Shown piece after piece: positions 34,896 through 47,766 of a DNA stretch of 64,000 nucleotides. The stretch is from Torpedo marmorata (taxonomy: Eukaryota). The number at the start of each line of letters is the position of its first letter. Position 1 is the first letter of the stretch. Both the position numbers and the translations under genes were made by a program. The DNA lies in NCBI GenBank assembly GCA_977017645.1, contig OZ360231.1, forward strand, positions 69,874,001 through 69,938,000, in the 5' to 3' direction. Under the pieces are notes generated by a model, which was not told the origin of the DNA, ran no database searches, and was given only the letters and a program-made list of their open reading frames with translations.

Positions 34896-37800
34896 AAAGT
34901 GCGGTATCTCTTGTGCAATTGATGGTACGGAAGATGATTTATTGTGGGACACTGACGACGAAGCTGAAGACGCCTCATCAGATACAGACTGGGACCCGTA
35001 CGATGACTGTTTAAACAGTGAGACCCCGGATGTGCTTGCCGAGATCTTTGCCTCAGACGATGATAGCGAAAGTGATTTTGAAGGGTTCTAAATGTCTTGT
35101 TGTTTTCAATTAAAATGTCAATGAAAATTTGTTGCAGTCGGGTTTTTTTTTGGTTTTTCAGGGGTCGACTTATACGCCGAATCGTGTTTTCAGGGGTCGA
35201 CTTATACGCTGGATCGGCGTGAACTCGATTTTGAGCTGAATTTAAGGTCTCAAAAGTATATCCGGCGTATAAGTCGACCCCCGTTTTTTGAGACATTTTT
35301 GAGGGTTTCAAGGGTCGACTTATACGCCGAAATATACGGTAAGTCTTATGAGGCAAGGTTAGCAGAGCTGGGACTTTTCTCTTTGGAGCAAAAAAGGATG
35401 GGAGGAGATTATGAGAGGCATAGATAGGGTGGACAGCCAGCGCCTTTTCCCCAGGGTAGGAACAGCAAACACCAGAGGACATGTGTACAAAGTGAAGGGA
35501 AGAAAGTTTAGTGGAGACATCAGGGGTAAGTTTGTTTTTTGGGTTTTTTTTTAAACAACAGAGTTGACGGTGCTTGGAATGCCTTGCCAGGGATGGTGGT
35601 GGAGGATGAAACATTAGGGGCATTTGAGAGACTCTTAGACAGGCACATGGATGGAAGAGAGAGATGGTAGAGAGGGTTTAGTACTTAGTACTTTTTAAAA
35701 AAAAAAAAGGAATATACATGATCGGCACAATATCGAGGGCCGAAGGGCCCGCTATGTGCTGCAGTGTTCTATGTTCTATGTCCTCTTCCTTTGGCTTCTC
35801 CTCAGATGCCTGTTGGCATATTTTTCTAACTTAACTTCAAAGAGCTGTGAATGCAATTGAGCCAATTAGACAAAATGCATAATTGTCCTGTGATCTTCAA
35901 GAGAGAGGACTGCAAATCACAGTAATGTACTAATCTTGCAGGAAAATTTCAACATACCAGGGACACGGGTCAGATCAGTGACCACGTGAAAAGGATGGGG
36001 TCTGCAGGTAATGGAAACAAAGTGGAGAAAAGGAATCAATAATTCTTCAGAATAAAACAAAGGTGAAGTAATCCAGTAACAGGAGCTGTATTGGGTTTAA
36101 TATTGAATGGTCGTAAGCATCTGAAATCTAGCGATTATATAATTAAAATAGTTGTTTTTGTAAAAACTATGCCCAGAAAAACAACAGGCAAAGAATTTTT
36201 AAGTGAAAGAAAATTCTTAGGATGGTAATAATGCATGGAAGAAGACAAATTTCTAATTACCCTACAATAATGTACATGGTCTTTGTCTTTCTTGTTTAAC
36301 CATTCAACAACTTGCTCAAATATCAAATATTTCAGAGGGCAATGTTAGGATTCAAATGTGTACTTCAGAATACTACATCAAACCTCTGGCTTATGTACAA
36401 TAACTAACCTGCAGCTAATACACAAGGGAAATAAATAAATTCACTGACAAATAGACGATGAGAAAATTCCACAAAGTGAATAGGGTTAAACAACAAATGT
36501 CTCTGATATTTATGGCAAGAAATTGGCTAGATACCCTGCCATCAACAGCAGATTCCATTAGGGAGCAGGACAACAAAGCTACGACTTGAAATGACTACTT
36601 TTATGACTAATACTGCTAAGAGTGCCCTTTGTGGGAGATTGTGGTTGGCAGTGGTATTGAAGAATTATGACCTGATAGTATTTAAATTAATTATTTTTTA
36701 AATTCCCCAGTTAAAAGAATTCTTGGACTTGACTGATTTCATTATACTGACCATCATGTATAGTGGACAATATTTTCATTAATGCATAAACCATAAGTGA
36801 AGGGGGTTCTAAACTAAAAATAGTAAAGCAGTGTTTGTAAGATTACAGATTATAAGACTAGGATTTATTCAATGTATTTGAATGCATTTAAAATATGAAA
36901 ACCGACAAACGCTGACAAAGATTTCAGATGAATTAGGGATCTGAAGATAATCTTCTGAACAGATAACTCAAGAGCAAAAATAAGTAAACAACAAATATTG
37001 TAGAATTATATGGAATTCAGAAGTGCAAAGAATGCCTTGCATTGTTGCTTCACCAACGAGAACTGATGATATCCCAAATTATCACAATGTAAGCAAAGAA
37101 ATTGATATCATGCATTCATTAATAAAACAGGGAATAAACAAAATCTTGGACTAAGCATTAACAAGTTTGCTAGGTCAGATAAATCTTCTCTATTTCAGGT
37201 ACTCAAGTTAAACTAAAATGAAGTTGTCAGTTTCAGGTCACATGAATTATGAGGATCAAATCTATTGATGCAGGAAAAGCTACAAAGCCAGAACCAAATC
37301 AATTTCAACACATCCCATGCTATTTAAATAGCTCAAAATTAAGTAGCCAGAAAGCAGGTAGAGAATCAAATCAAACCGAGATTTCAAACAAATGTCTTCA
37401 TTTGATGATCCAATTACCATGCCAAAATGTGGTCAGGGCTGCATTCAAATTCCATTTCCCCACCCACTTAACATCTTTCTGATCTTCCACTGTTATGTCA
37501 GACAAGCAACAATACAAATATACAAGAATCATTTCTGACCCATAGCTCCAAACTGTGTTTTGCTAACTAGTCATCTTTCAACAAAGAGGGCATCGGTCAG
37601 AGCAGATCATTATTTCTCAATAGTTTATGTGAAAAATAGGATTTGATATCTTGAGGTCAAAAGTGGGATGGGAACATTGTCTTCCATAGCTGAATTGCCC
37701 TTCAACACTAACAAAATGGAAAAAGGACATGGACTTTCCATTCATTTGCCATTCAGGGACTTCTGCTGCCCAGCACATGTTATGATCGAGACAGTGAAAG

Positions 37801-38063
37801 GGCAGTCCTGTAGACATGTTTTTGCCACTTGATATCTCTTGCAGCTTGGCAATATGGAAAGATGCCCTCTCCATGGCTCAGTTCTGAGCCCAGCTCCTCT
37901 TCACTGCAACTGGAAGGAGAGCAATCCACTCATCTTGCTGTGTTGTATTTCACTAACGACATTCTTCTGTTCAGTCAACGGTCAGGCTCTGCATGAACCA
38001 CAGAATTGGTCCCATGGCCACCCAGGTGCCTTAAGCAATCCTGCAGCGAGTCAAGAGTTCATT

Positions 38064-38603
38064 GTCCAAGTTCAAGTCAAAGTCAAGTTTATTGTCATCT
38101 GAATGCATTAGTACAACCAGATGAAACAGCGTTCTCCCGCCCTCGGTGCAAAACATGCAGGCACATAGCCAGACATAATATACATACAGACAAACAATAC
38201 ATATGCAGGACAAGTATTTATATATACAAATAAATAAATAAATACTTTCGTAAATATGAGTGTCTCAGATGGCTAGTGTGAGCAGTTCCTTTGGTCATTC
38301 AGCATTCTCACTGCCCGTGGGAAGAAGCTGTTTCTCAGCCTGGTGGTGCTGGCTCTGATACTCCTGTATCTCTTTCCCGACGGGAGCAGCTGAAAGATGC
38401 TGTGTACGGGGTGGAAGAGGTCAATGATTTTGCGTGCCCTCTTCATACAACGATCCTGGTAGATCACGTCGATTGGGGGGGGGGTGGGGAGGGAGACTCC
38501 AGTGATCCTCTCTGCCACTCTTATGGTTCTGTGGATGGACCTCCAATCCATTTCTCTGCAGCAACCGTATCACACAATGATGCAGTCGGCCAGGATGTTC
38601 TCG
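38064..38603 (-). mobile_element. Rex1/Babar-type LINE 3' fragment
   Basis: HSIFQLLPSGKRYRSIRASTTRLRNSFFPRA; GACAATAAAC(TTGAC)n tail. Confidence 0.85.
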
Positions 38604-39446
38604 ATTACAATTACTAATATGTCAGAGCAATGGAACACGAGTGCACAAATGTTACAGAAAACTTTCTGGTATTATCACTGTAGGATCAGTGTAAATGAGT
38701 GGTTGATAATCAGTGAGGACTTGGTGGGTCCAAGGACCTGTTTCCATGCTATGATTCTAAAACTTTATTCTCCACAATAGACAATGTGCATCATTCCACT
38801 TGACACACCTGTTATATTGCCACCTCAAATATTGCACTTTGTCCAGCAATAACTCATTCATTAGGAAGGTGAGTGATTTAATGTTGAAGAAAAGATTAAT
38901 TTGAACATGATGCCAGGCAAGCAGGTAATCTGAATAGACAGAATACACTGCACTCACCAAATGCATATCCAGCAATTTCTCGGGCAAACTAGTTAATTTT
39001 GTTTTGACATCTCATCTGTTATGCCCAATATTATGGGCATAGTGCTTCAGATACACAAAATGAAAAGAGATAAATTAAAATGAAAAGTCAATAGTATTTT
39101 GTAGTTCTTCTCACCATTCTTGGTTCAGATTCTTAACTATTTCCTCACATTCATGTATTTTCAGTTTGAATGCCAACGTAGCAGGGTTCTGGAGTCCAAA
39201 TTTAACAATCCATCTCCAGTTCGGTACAAAGTAACCTAGTGTTGTTCTCCTTTATTGATGTGGAATTCTATGTCTTCATTTTCTATTGGCCCTCCGCAAA
39301 CTTCACACAAATTAACACTAAATTGTAGGATTCCCATATCAAGTATTGAATTCAATTCTTCACAAAAAAATAGATATAACCAACTGAACACTTAAAAAAT
39401 CAGTATTTAACATTTTATTTTATAGGAAATACATCATCTTCCTTAC

Positions 39447-39580
39447 CTTTATGAAACTGGCGGATGTTTTCCATATATGCAGAGAGGTTTTCAGCTACCA
39501 AGGTGACCAACGAATGATTGTGTTGAAGCTGGTTAATCAAATCATGCCGATAGAACACATGGGGACTTCTTTGGGTCTGA
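39447..39580 (-). CDS. USP9X: USP9X exon (134 nt; [44 protein letters not shown])
   Basis: tttgtag|T CAG...AAA G|gtaagg; phase 2/1; lies within ORF 39415..39714. Confidence 0.95.
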
Positions 39581-39673
39581 CTACAAAGAAAACATGTGTT
39601 AATCAATACCAGCAGTGAAGCCTCAAAAATCAACCCACTGTTGTACTGGATGATGATGAAGTCATTTCCAATA

Positions 39674-40030
39674 CAGGGAGTCCCCGGGTTACGAAACATC
39701 CAACTTACAGACAACTCGTACTTACGAACAAATTATGCCCCCAATTCGCGCATGTGCATAATGTTACCTCACGAATGCCCCTTCCCAGTATGCAAGACAT
39801 CGATGGAACGAGAGTAAGTGTTAACTTTTAATCATGATCTTTTTTCTTTTTTTTTCTATCTAAACTGTTTTAAGAACCGTTTCTTTAATTATTTTTTTTA
39901 CAGTACTAAGACAAACATTTGACTAACTGACACTAAATAAGAACCATATGTACCTGTTCCGACTTATCTACAAATCCTACTTAAAGACAGACGTAGGAAC
40001 GGATCTCGTTCGTAATCCGGGGACTCCCTG
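39674..40030. mobile_element. Tigger-like MITE (357 bp)
   Basis: TIRs CAGGGAGTCCCCGGGTTACGAA / TTCGTAATCCGGGGACTCCCTG; TA on the left side. Confidence 0.85.
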
Positions 40031-40794
40031 TCTACGTTGTGGCTATTCAGATAAAGGAAATTTGCCCTCACGAAATTCACAAATCACTACCAATAAACTT
40101 GCAATGTAGAATAAAACTGGCTCATGCAATGTCTGAAAATAGTAAATATACAATTTTTAAATGTATATGCAGATGATGCAAATTTGTGTGAAGGAAAAAT
40201 TGCGATATGGACCGTTTCCTAGGAATGCATTCCCTTGTAACTTCAGATCGCCTAGAAAAGATGGTGTTTTGAATGCGTCAAGAACGCAAATCATCTATGG
40301 ACGGGTGGAGTGCAAATATTGAACAAGAATGGCAGACAGTTTTCCTGGCATAGAATAATAAAATGATACCATCGGATAGTGTGGCATTTTGGTTGAGTAT
40401 AAAACTGGGTAGAGTAAGAATAAATGCAAAAATAGATTGAATATGTAGCACACATCAAGTTCCGATAATTCAACACCTTCCGAGAAGTAATTTTTATGCA
40501 TTACAGTCTTCCCTTGCTTGTCATTCTCCTATCAGTAAAAACATCTCAACATCTGCCCTGTCAGGCCCAAACCATCAAGTATCTCTTGGTAGGTTAATCA
40601 TCTCAGTCGAAGAATTTGCCTGGTAAATATCCTTAGAACTGCCTCCAATGCCAATGCATCTGATTTTTTTTTAAAGGCAGAGGAACCAAAACTGTGCATG
40701 TTATCCATGGTGTGGCCTCAACACCACCGTGTACACCTGTAAAAAAAAATTCCTAATCTTAAACTCCAAAAATGCCACTTCCTTAACTACTTGT

Positions 40795-41475
40795 TCAGAA
40801 TCAGAATCAGAATTTATTGTCATGAACAAGTCATGAAATTCGGTGCTTTGCGGCAGCATCATAGTGCAATTAACATTCATATTAACCATTCTAACGACAT
40901 TACTATATAAAAAAAATTATAAACAATAGTGCACTAGTGTCTTTGGTTCATTGATTGTTCAGGAATCTGATGGCAGCGGGGAAGAAGCTGACCTTGTGCC
41001 GTTGAGTGCTCGTCTTTAGGCTCCTGTACCTTTTCCCCGATGGAAGCAGCGTGAAGAGGGCATGGCCTGGGTGGTGGGGGTCCTTGAGGATAGAGGCTGC
41101 TTTATTAAGACATTGCCTCATGTAGATGTCCTCGATGGAGTGAAGTTTGGTGCCCGTGATGTCACAGGCCGAGTTAACAACCTTCTGGAGTTTGCTCTTG
41201 TCCTGGGAGTTGGCGCCACCATACCAGGCAGTGATGCAACCAGCTAGAATGCTCTCCACGGTACACCTGTAGAAGTTCACGAGAGTCTTTGGCGACATAC
41301 CGAATCTCCGCAATCGCCTCACAAAGTATAGCCGCTGACGAGCCTTCTTTGTGATTGCATCCACGTGGATGCTCCAGGACAGATCCTCGGAGATGTGGAC
41401 ACCCAGGAATTTGAAGTTCTTGACCCTCCCCACGACTGAGCCCTCGATGAGGACTGGGTTGTGTTCCTCTGACTT
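40795..41475 (-). mobile_element. Rex1/Babar-type LINE 3' fragment (young)
   Basis: ORF 40948..41433 reads FKFLGVHISEDLSWS...YRCTVESILAGCITAWYG; (ATTCTG)n tail. Confidence 0.9.
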
Positions 41476-42154
41476 GGACCTGTTACTAACTTTTGTGTTT
41501 CATGCACTAAATTCCTCTGAATTTCACCAAGTTTCATCATCTCTCTATTTAGATAATAATCTGCTTGATGATTCCTCTGACAGAAGTGCTCGACTTTTCA
41601 ATGTTAAACACGATTTTCAGGTTTCTTTAATGCAATTTTTTTTTGCTTTCTTCAGTTGCATCTCTCACATATATGTACATGTTTACATTTATAAACAGAC
41701 ACCATAACCATCCAGAGTGGTTGGTAGAGTATAATTAAGGTTTCATAAAAAGTTAGCGTCGCCTTTAGATATTCTATGTTCATTCAAACGGTAAACAATG
41801 GTTCTTCTCGCATTGATCTGGTGAAGAAGCAGTTCCCAGTATTTAACCATCTGATACCTTAAACCTCTTTCATATAGGACCTTATCAAAAGGACACGTGA
41901 AAATCCAAAGAATATGACATCTTGGACAGGACATTGTATTTTCTAAAGGATCAGAAAAACTTTGTGACATCAGTATGGATTACAATGCATTTTAATTTCT
42001 ACCTGCGCTTTTATTATATTAGAGTACAAATGGAATGTTTTTTTGATTCTTACATTTTAATCTTTTCTGGAACTTCTTTGTTCACAGCATAAGGGGAAGA
42101 GGTTAGAAAATGTGCATTATAGATGTCTACTTGTGCTTGGTAGATGTCCTAGAG

Positions 42155-42674
42155 CAGAGGTTCTCAACCTTTTTTCCCCACTCACATACCACATTAAGTA
42201 ATCCCTTACTAACCACAGAGCACCTAATCTGTGGTTAGTAAGGGATGACTTAAGGTGGTGTGTGAGTGGAAAAAAAGGTTGAGAACCATTGTCCGAGAAC
42301 AGTGGTTTTCAAACTTTTTCTTTCCATTCACATACCACCTTAAGTAATCCCTATGCCATAGGTGCTCTGTGATTAGTAAGAGATTACTTAAGGTGGTATG
42401 TGAGTGGAAAGAAAAGGTTTGAAAACCACTGTTTTAATTGTACCTAATTGACTCGTTATGTGCACGGTTTCATAACTCCAAAGGAAATGGGCCAATGACA
42501 ATTTTTCTCAAGCAAAACATTTCAGTAACAATTGGGTCCAGAGCAGAGGTTCTCAACCTTTTTTCCCCACTCACATACCACCTAAAGTAATCCCTTACTA
42601 ATCACAGAGCACCTATGGCATAGGGATTACTTAAAGTGGTATATGAGTGGAAAGAAAAAGTTTGAAAACCACTG
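42155..42674. mobile_element. Cluster of three palindromic hAT (Charlie-like) MITE units
   Basis: Units 42155-42291, 42300-42431 and 42544-42674 have CAG(T/A)GGTT(C/T)TCAA termini; flanks TCCTAGAG / TCCTCGAG. Confidence 0.8.
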
Positions 42675-42867
42675 TCCTCGAGGAACATTCCCAATGCAAT
42701 GGAATCCAGATTTTTCTCGCCACCTGCGATGTCAAGACCCCAAAAGCTTCAAGGTGAAAGAATAAAATGCAGGAAAATGTCGAGGAACGGGGTTCAAAAT
42801 TGACAGCTGTGTACTCCAGATGAATGTGAAGATAAAAGGCACTTTCTGCAAGGAGAGGGCATCTATT

Positions 42868-44075
42868 AAAGTGCTGGAGAACTCAGTGGGTTGAACAGCA
42901 TCTGTGCAGGGAAAAGGAACCGTCAACAATTCAAGTCAAGACCTTGCTTTTGGACAGAATAGAGAGGGAAAATAGCCAGTTTAAGGTGAGAAGTGGAGTG
43001 AGACAGGTTCTAGTTGGTAGGTTGACGGAGAAGAAGGATGGACAGATGGAGCCAGGTGGGAGACACAGAAAGGTGGGTGATGAGTGGAAGCAGACAAGGG
43101 GAAAAAGGCAGATGGAGCCAGTTTTTTTTTGGGGGGGGGGGAGAGGGAGGGAGGGTGAAGGTCATAAATCATACTAAGTTGGAGATAAGCAGGAACACAA
43201 AGGCTACCAGTGCTGGAATCTGATAAGGAAGGTGATAATGGAAGTCATTATGGGAGAGATGAAGGGTAGATGGAACCAGAAGGGGAAGGAATATGGTGGG
43301 TGAAACCAGGAAGCAGAGGAAAAAGTAAATGGGTGATGGGGACTGGAGGCCTCAGGGAAAGAGCAAAAATGGGGAAACCCATGGTTGATCAGAAGGATCA
43401 GGAGAGAGCAAGAGCACAAAACAGAAGAGGTAAGAGTTGCCTAGAATTGGAAAATTCAACATTTATATAATTGAGTTGGAGACTACCCTGATCGAATAAG
43501 AGGTCATTCTTCTAGTTTACGTTGGGCCTCATCCTTGCAATGGAGAAGACAGAGTAGAGACAGGTCAGTGTGGAAGGGGAAGGTGAACTGAAGTGGCACA
43601 CAACCAAGAGCTCAAGATGGCCTCCATGGGCAGAACGTAGGTGTTCTGCAAACCAGTCAACTGGTCAGTGCTTGGTCTTGCCAACGTCAAGTAGGACATG
43701 TTAGGAGCACAAAATGTAACAGACAAGGTTGGAGGTGCACATTAATCTTTGTCTCACCTGGAAGGACTATTTAGGTCTCTGAATGGTGGTGAGAAACTAG
43801 TTTAGAACGTGTTGCATCAACTGAAGTTGCAGAGAAAAACACCAGGAAAGGGTGGGTGCGGAGGGATGAGCAGACTAAAGAGCACAGAGAGAGGATCCCT
43901 GCAGAAAGCAGAAAAGGCTGGTCGGGGAAGAGGTGGGTAGTCGTCGGATCCTGTTCCAGCCAGCAAAAAAAAAAAATGGATAATGTCGTGGATGTACAAG
44001 CTATTGAGGAGAAAGGGGAAATCTCTATTCTGGTTGGAGGGAGGGGCAGTAAAAGCAGAAGTATGGAAACAATGA
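42868..44075 (-). mobile_element. Degenerate Penelope-like element
   Basis: Terminus GTGCTGGAGAACTCAG...; remnants of the GIY-YIG and C-terminal region colinear with 11580-12500. Confidence 0.65.
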
Positions 44076-44080
44076 TTGCC

Positions 44081-44630
44081 ATCAGAATCAGAATTTATTG
44101 TCATGAACAAGTCATGAAATTCGGTGTTTTGCAGCAGCATCATAGTGCAAAATTCATATTATAACCATCTGACGTCATTACTATAAAAATATATATAAAT
44201 AATAGTGCACGAAAAGTAAGGCAGTGTCTTTGGTTCATTGATTATTCAGGAATCTGATGGCAGCAGGGAAGAAGCTGTCCTTGTGTCGTTGAGTGCTCGT
44301 CTTTAGGCTCCTGTACCTTTTTCCCGATGGTAGCAGAGTGAAGAGGGCAGGTCTTTGAGGACAGAGGCTGCTTTTTTAAGACACCGCCTCATGTAGATGT
44401 CCTCGATGGAGTGAAGTCTGGTGCCTGTGATGTCACAGGCCAAGTTAACAACCCTCTGGAGTTTATTCTTGTCCTGAGAGTTGGCGCCTCCATCCCAGGC
44501 AGTGATGCAACCAGCCACAATGCTCTGCATGGTACACCTGTAGAAGTTTACGAGAGTCTTCGGTGACATACCGAATCTCCTCAGACACCTCACAAAGTAT
44601 AGCTGCTGGCGAGCCTTCTTTGTGATTGCA
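44081..44630 (-). mobile_element. Rex1/Babar-type LINE 3' fragment
   Basis: AITKKARQQLYFVRCLRRFGMSPKTLVNFYRC; (ATTCTG)n tail. Confidence 0.88.
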
Positions 44631-44877
44631 TATACATATGCACCAAAATTCTTGTTTGATACAGCCACAGATGCACCAACTCCAATGGCATACATTAAAT
44701 GACGGCAGAACAGAAAGAGATAATATAACAGATACACAAATAAATATTCTGTTACAGTCACTGCCCTGTTAAACATCATGAAGAAGCACAGATGCAGCAC
44801 AGGCATTTTACACCTGGTGGGCCAATTAGAAAACTGCATCAATTTACACTTAAGAATTGCCCAGTTGTAGGCTTATC

Positions 44878-45133
44878 TAAAGGTAAAGGTAAAGGTTCCA
44901 TTATTGTCACATAATACTACATTTAGAATGTAACATACATGAAATTCTTTAATTTTTGTCTACCGTAAGGCAGACAGAGGGTCGCTATTTTGTCCAGCGC
45001 CCCTCACAGAAACCTACAGCACCTGGTGTTCCTTGGCGGTCTCCCCTCCAATTACTGACCAGTCCTGTGCCTGCTTAGCTTCTGAGATCAGACAATCCCA
45101 GTCGTATTCAGGCTATTGGTGCTGCTGACAGAC
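44878..45133 (-). mobile_element. 5S rRNA-derived SINE (SINE3-type): 5S head ~45010-45133, body, and (ACCTTT)n tail
   Basis: Minus strand reads GTCTGATCTCAGAAGCTAAGCAGG...GGGAGACCGCC...GGTGCTGTAGGTTT, then non-5S sequence ending GACAATAATGGAACCTTTACCTTTA. Confidence 0.85.
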
Positions 45134-45139
45134 CCAGGC

Positions 45140-46190
45140 TGCTTAATACAGAAAGGAGATTGAAAGTCTAGTGAACAAAGAAAGGATATTGAGAGCCTAG
45201 TGCAGCCATTCTCAAAGGGGTCCATACGTTCCCCACCTGCCTCCCCAAAACCCCGCGGGCCACAGCACATTTAAGGGGGGGGGCCATGGACTGAAATCAT
45301 AAAATATCTTTTGTTTTTATGTAGTCGGTTAGGAGAGAAGTACAGAAGAAACCAACTAAAGTTAACTGCTTCACAGGGTAAGGGGCCCGTAAACTTTGAA
45401 CAGAGTCCTAAGGGGGCCACAGCCAAAAAAAGGTTGAGAATGGCTGGTCTAGTGGCATGGTGCCCAGATAACTTCTCTCTTAATGACAGTCAGACAAAGA
45501 AGCTGATCATAAACTTCAGGAGAGGGTAGAGCCCACAAAGAGATCAATGACGCTGAAGTGGAGGGAGTAGATAGCTTCAAGTTCCTGGGAGTATACATTT
45601 CTTACAACCTTACTTGGAACAATCACGTTGACATGACAGTCAAGAAAGCACACCAATGCCTTAACTTTCTTGCAAGTCTAAATGGGGCACGACCCAACTA
45701 AAACTCACCAACTTCTGCAGGGGCACCATCAAAAAAACAAACTAGCTTGATGAATCACAGCATGGCATGGGAGCTGCTCTATCCGAGAATGGAAGATGCA
45801 GAAAGAGGTGAATGCAGCTCAGAACATCACCCAATTCTCCCTACCCTCCATCGACACCTCCTGATGCTTACGCAAGGCAGCCAACATACGAAAGAACCTA
45901 ACTCACCCTCTTCTTCCTTCTCTCATCAGGGGGAAAGTTTAAGAGTAACAACAGGTTTAATGACAATTTCTTCCCTAGAGCCATCAGGATACTGAACAAA
46001 CCCCACAACAACACCCTTATGCTGCCCTTGCTATGTCCAAATGTATCTTTTTCACTTAATGCTTTATAACTGTGCTCTTCCCCTTCTACTTTGTACTGCT
46101 GTATGAGTATTAGTTGTCTTTCTAGATAGACTGCTAGTGGAAGAACCAGTCTTACAGTACCAAGTATAATTTACAATAAACTTGAAATTA
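45140..46190 (+). mobile_element. Old Rex1/Babar-type LINE fragment, interrupted by a hAT MITE
   Basis: YRKEIESLV|AWCPDNFSLN..TKKLIINFR and FKFLGV remnants. Confidence 0.65.
45203..45446. mobile_element. hAT MITE (244 bp)
   Basis: TIRs CAGCCATTCTCAA / TTGAGAATGGCTG; 8-bp TSD GCCTAGTG / GTCTAGTG. Confidence 0.85.
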
Positions 46191-46696
46191 TTACCAAAAC
46201 AAAAATTTGTCCTTATAAATTTAGGGCGATAAGATGCACATCATCTGCAAGTGCAACTTTTTAAAATCAAATTTTCATTTCAAAAACGTGTACCTATATT
46301 GACACTGCAGGTTAAGTTGAACATTTTATTTATTCACTGCTCCTCTGGAGACACTCCATCTTGCAATACAAATCCACACCAGTAGATTAACTCTCCAGAA
46401 TGCATTTTAAGTGTACACATTGGATGAAGAGCAACTAACAATGTAAAAATATCAATTGAGGTTGAAAGGATCCAAATAATAATTTTTTTTTAAATTAGAC
46501 ACCATATAAAGCAAGCATTTTAAATGGTCAAGCCTTTAAAAATCTGAAATTATGAGGTATGTACAATGAACATAATCAAAGGACAACTCTTTCAAATATG
46601 AAACCTGATATTATTTGCAAAATATCAATCACTCTGGGGGAGTCATGCTGCTTCAGAGGCAGCCCACGACAAATTGTGATCAGTTTACATTCCTAC

Positions 46697-46833
46697 CTTA
46701 AATTTTGTGGTGCTTCTCCAAATAAACTGCAGATTTCCCTAATTTGTTTCAAAGCTGGAATGACCCATTTGTCATTAGTACGGAGCTCCTCCACAAAACG
46801 ATCTATCCATTGAATCTTTTGAGTGTCCCGATC
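46697..46833 (-). CDS. USP9X: USP9X exon (137 nt; [45 protein letters not shown])
   Basis: tatatag|GAT...TTA AG|gtagga; phase 0/2. Confidence 0.95.
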
Positions 46834-47254
46834 CTATATAAATATGTCAGTAGTTCCATAAATATTGCAGAATGTTAAATTAACCTTAAATAAAAAAGCA
46901 CTGATAATGCTCAAAAATACAAATGCTTTCTTATTGTTTTCAAAACAAATGCTTTATTTTGAAACCAGGAAGCAAAACTGCACATAAAACAGAACTTTAA
47001 CCTCTGAAACATGAATGAACTACCAAGTGACTGTTAATTCATCTTAAAGACAAATTAAAAGGTTTGATCAATGGAATGAAAACCAAGTTCACAATTCACT
47101 TTGTAGTAACTGGAAATGAATTTGGTTATCGTATTGTCACAAACAGTATACAGTGAAGTATTCTCTAACTTTTTTTTAAAACAAAGCTAGATTTTTGAAT
47201 GTAATTTATGGCTATCTGCATATTTTAATCATGCTAATAAAACCTCTATTTTCC

Positions 47255-47766
47255 ATTCACAGAAAGATTATCATCTTGTTGCCTCATTACAGGAAGGAAG
47301 TGGAAGTTTTAGAGATGACGCAGAGGAGATTTACCAGGATATTGTCTGGATTGTCAAACATATTTTACGAAGCAACAATGGACTTTTCTCTGTGGAGTGA
47401 CAAATGATGAGAGGTGACATAATGGAGGCAAATAAAATTACCACCAGCCTTTTTCCTGGGGCAATCATAGCAAATACTAGAGGACATCATTTAAGGTGAG
47501 TGGACAGAAGTGTTGGGGATATGTCAGTTTTTTGTTTTTTTTTACACAGAACGGTGGGTGACTGGAATGCATTGCCATAGTTGGTCGTGGAGGCTGGAAC
47601 AACAGGGACATTTTAAAGACTCTAACTTAAGCACATGGATGTCAGAAAAATAGAGGCTTATGGGTGTGAGGTAGGAAAAGATTAAGATTGTTGTGGAGTA
47701 GGTTCATATAGATCAGCAGAACATCACAGGTCAAAGGGCCTGCTCTGTGCTCTGTTTTGTGTTCTA
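47255..47766 (+). mobile_element. CR1 LINE 3' fragment
   Basis: PHYRKEVEVLEMTQRRFTRIL followed by a CR1 3' end. Confidence 0.8.

Larger units (their letters stand above)
33329..35339 (+). mobile_element. pogo-superfamily DNA transposon (Passer/POGK-like), full length, 2011 bp
   Basis: TA TSD; perfect 27-bp TIRs CCGTATATTTCGGCGTATAAGTCGACC; central transposase gene. Confidence 0.95.
26886..35780 (+). mobile_element. 5'-truncated CR1 LINE hosting the ERV and the pogo transposon (parts 26886-26942, 31672-33328, 35340-35780)
   Basis: The reading frame resumes across both insertions (MFKG|ESTE; GLEN|KSYEARL); (TTCTATG)n tail. Confidence 0.88.

Noticed and set aside
35800-38050. Hidden exon or RNA gene in the long AT-rich stretch
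   Set aside because: The USP9X peptide is continuous without it, and I saw no convincing ORF or structured RNA.
45010-45133. Functional 5S rRNA gene
   Set aside because: It is diverged, especially at the 5' end, solitary, and fused to a retroposon body and tail.
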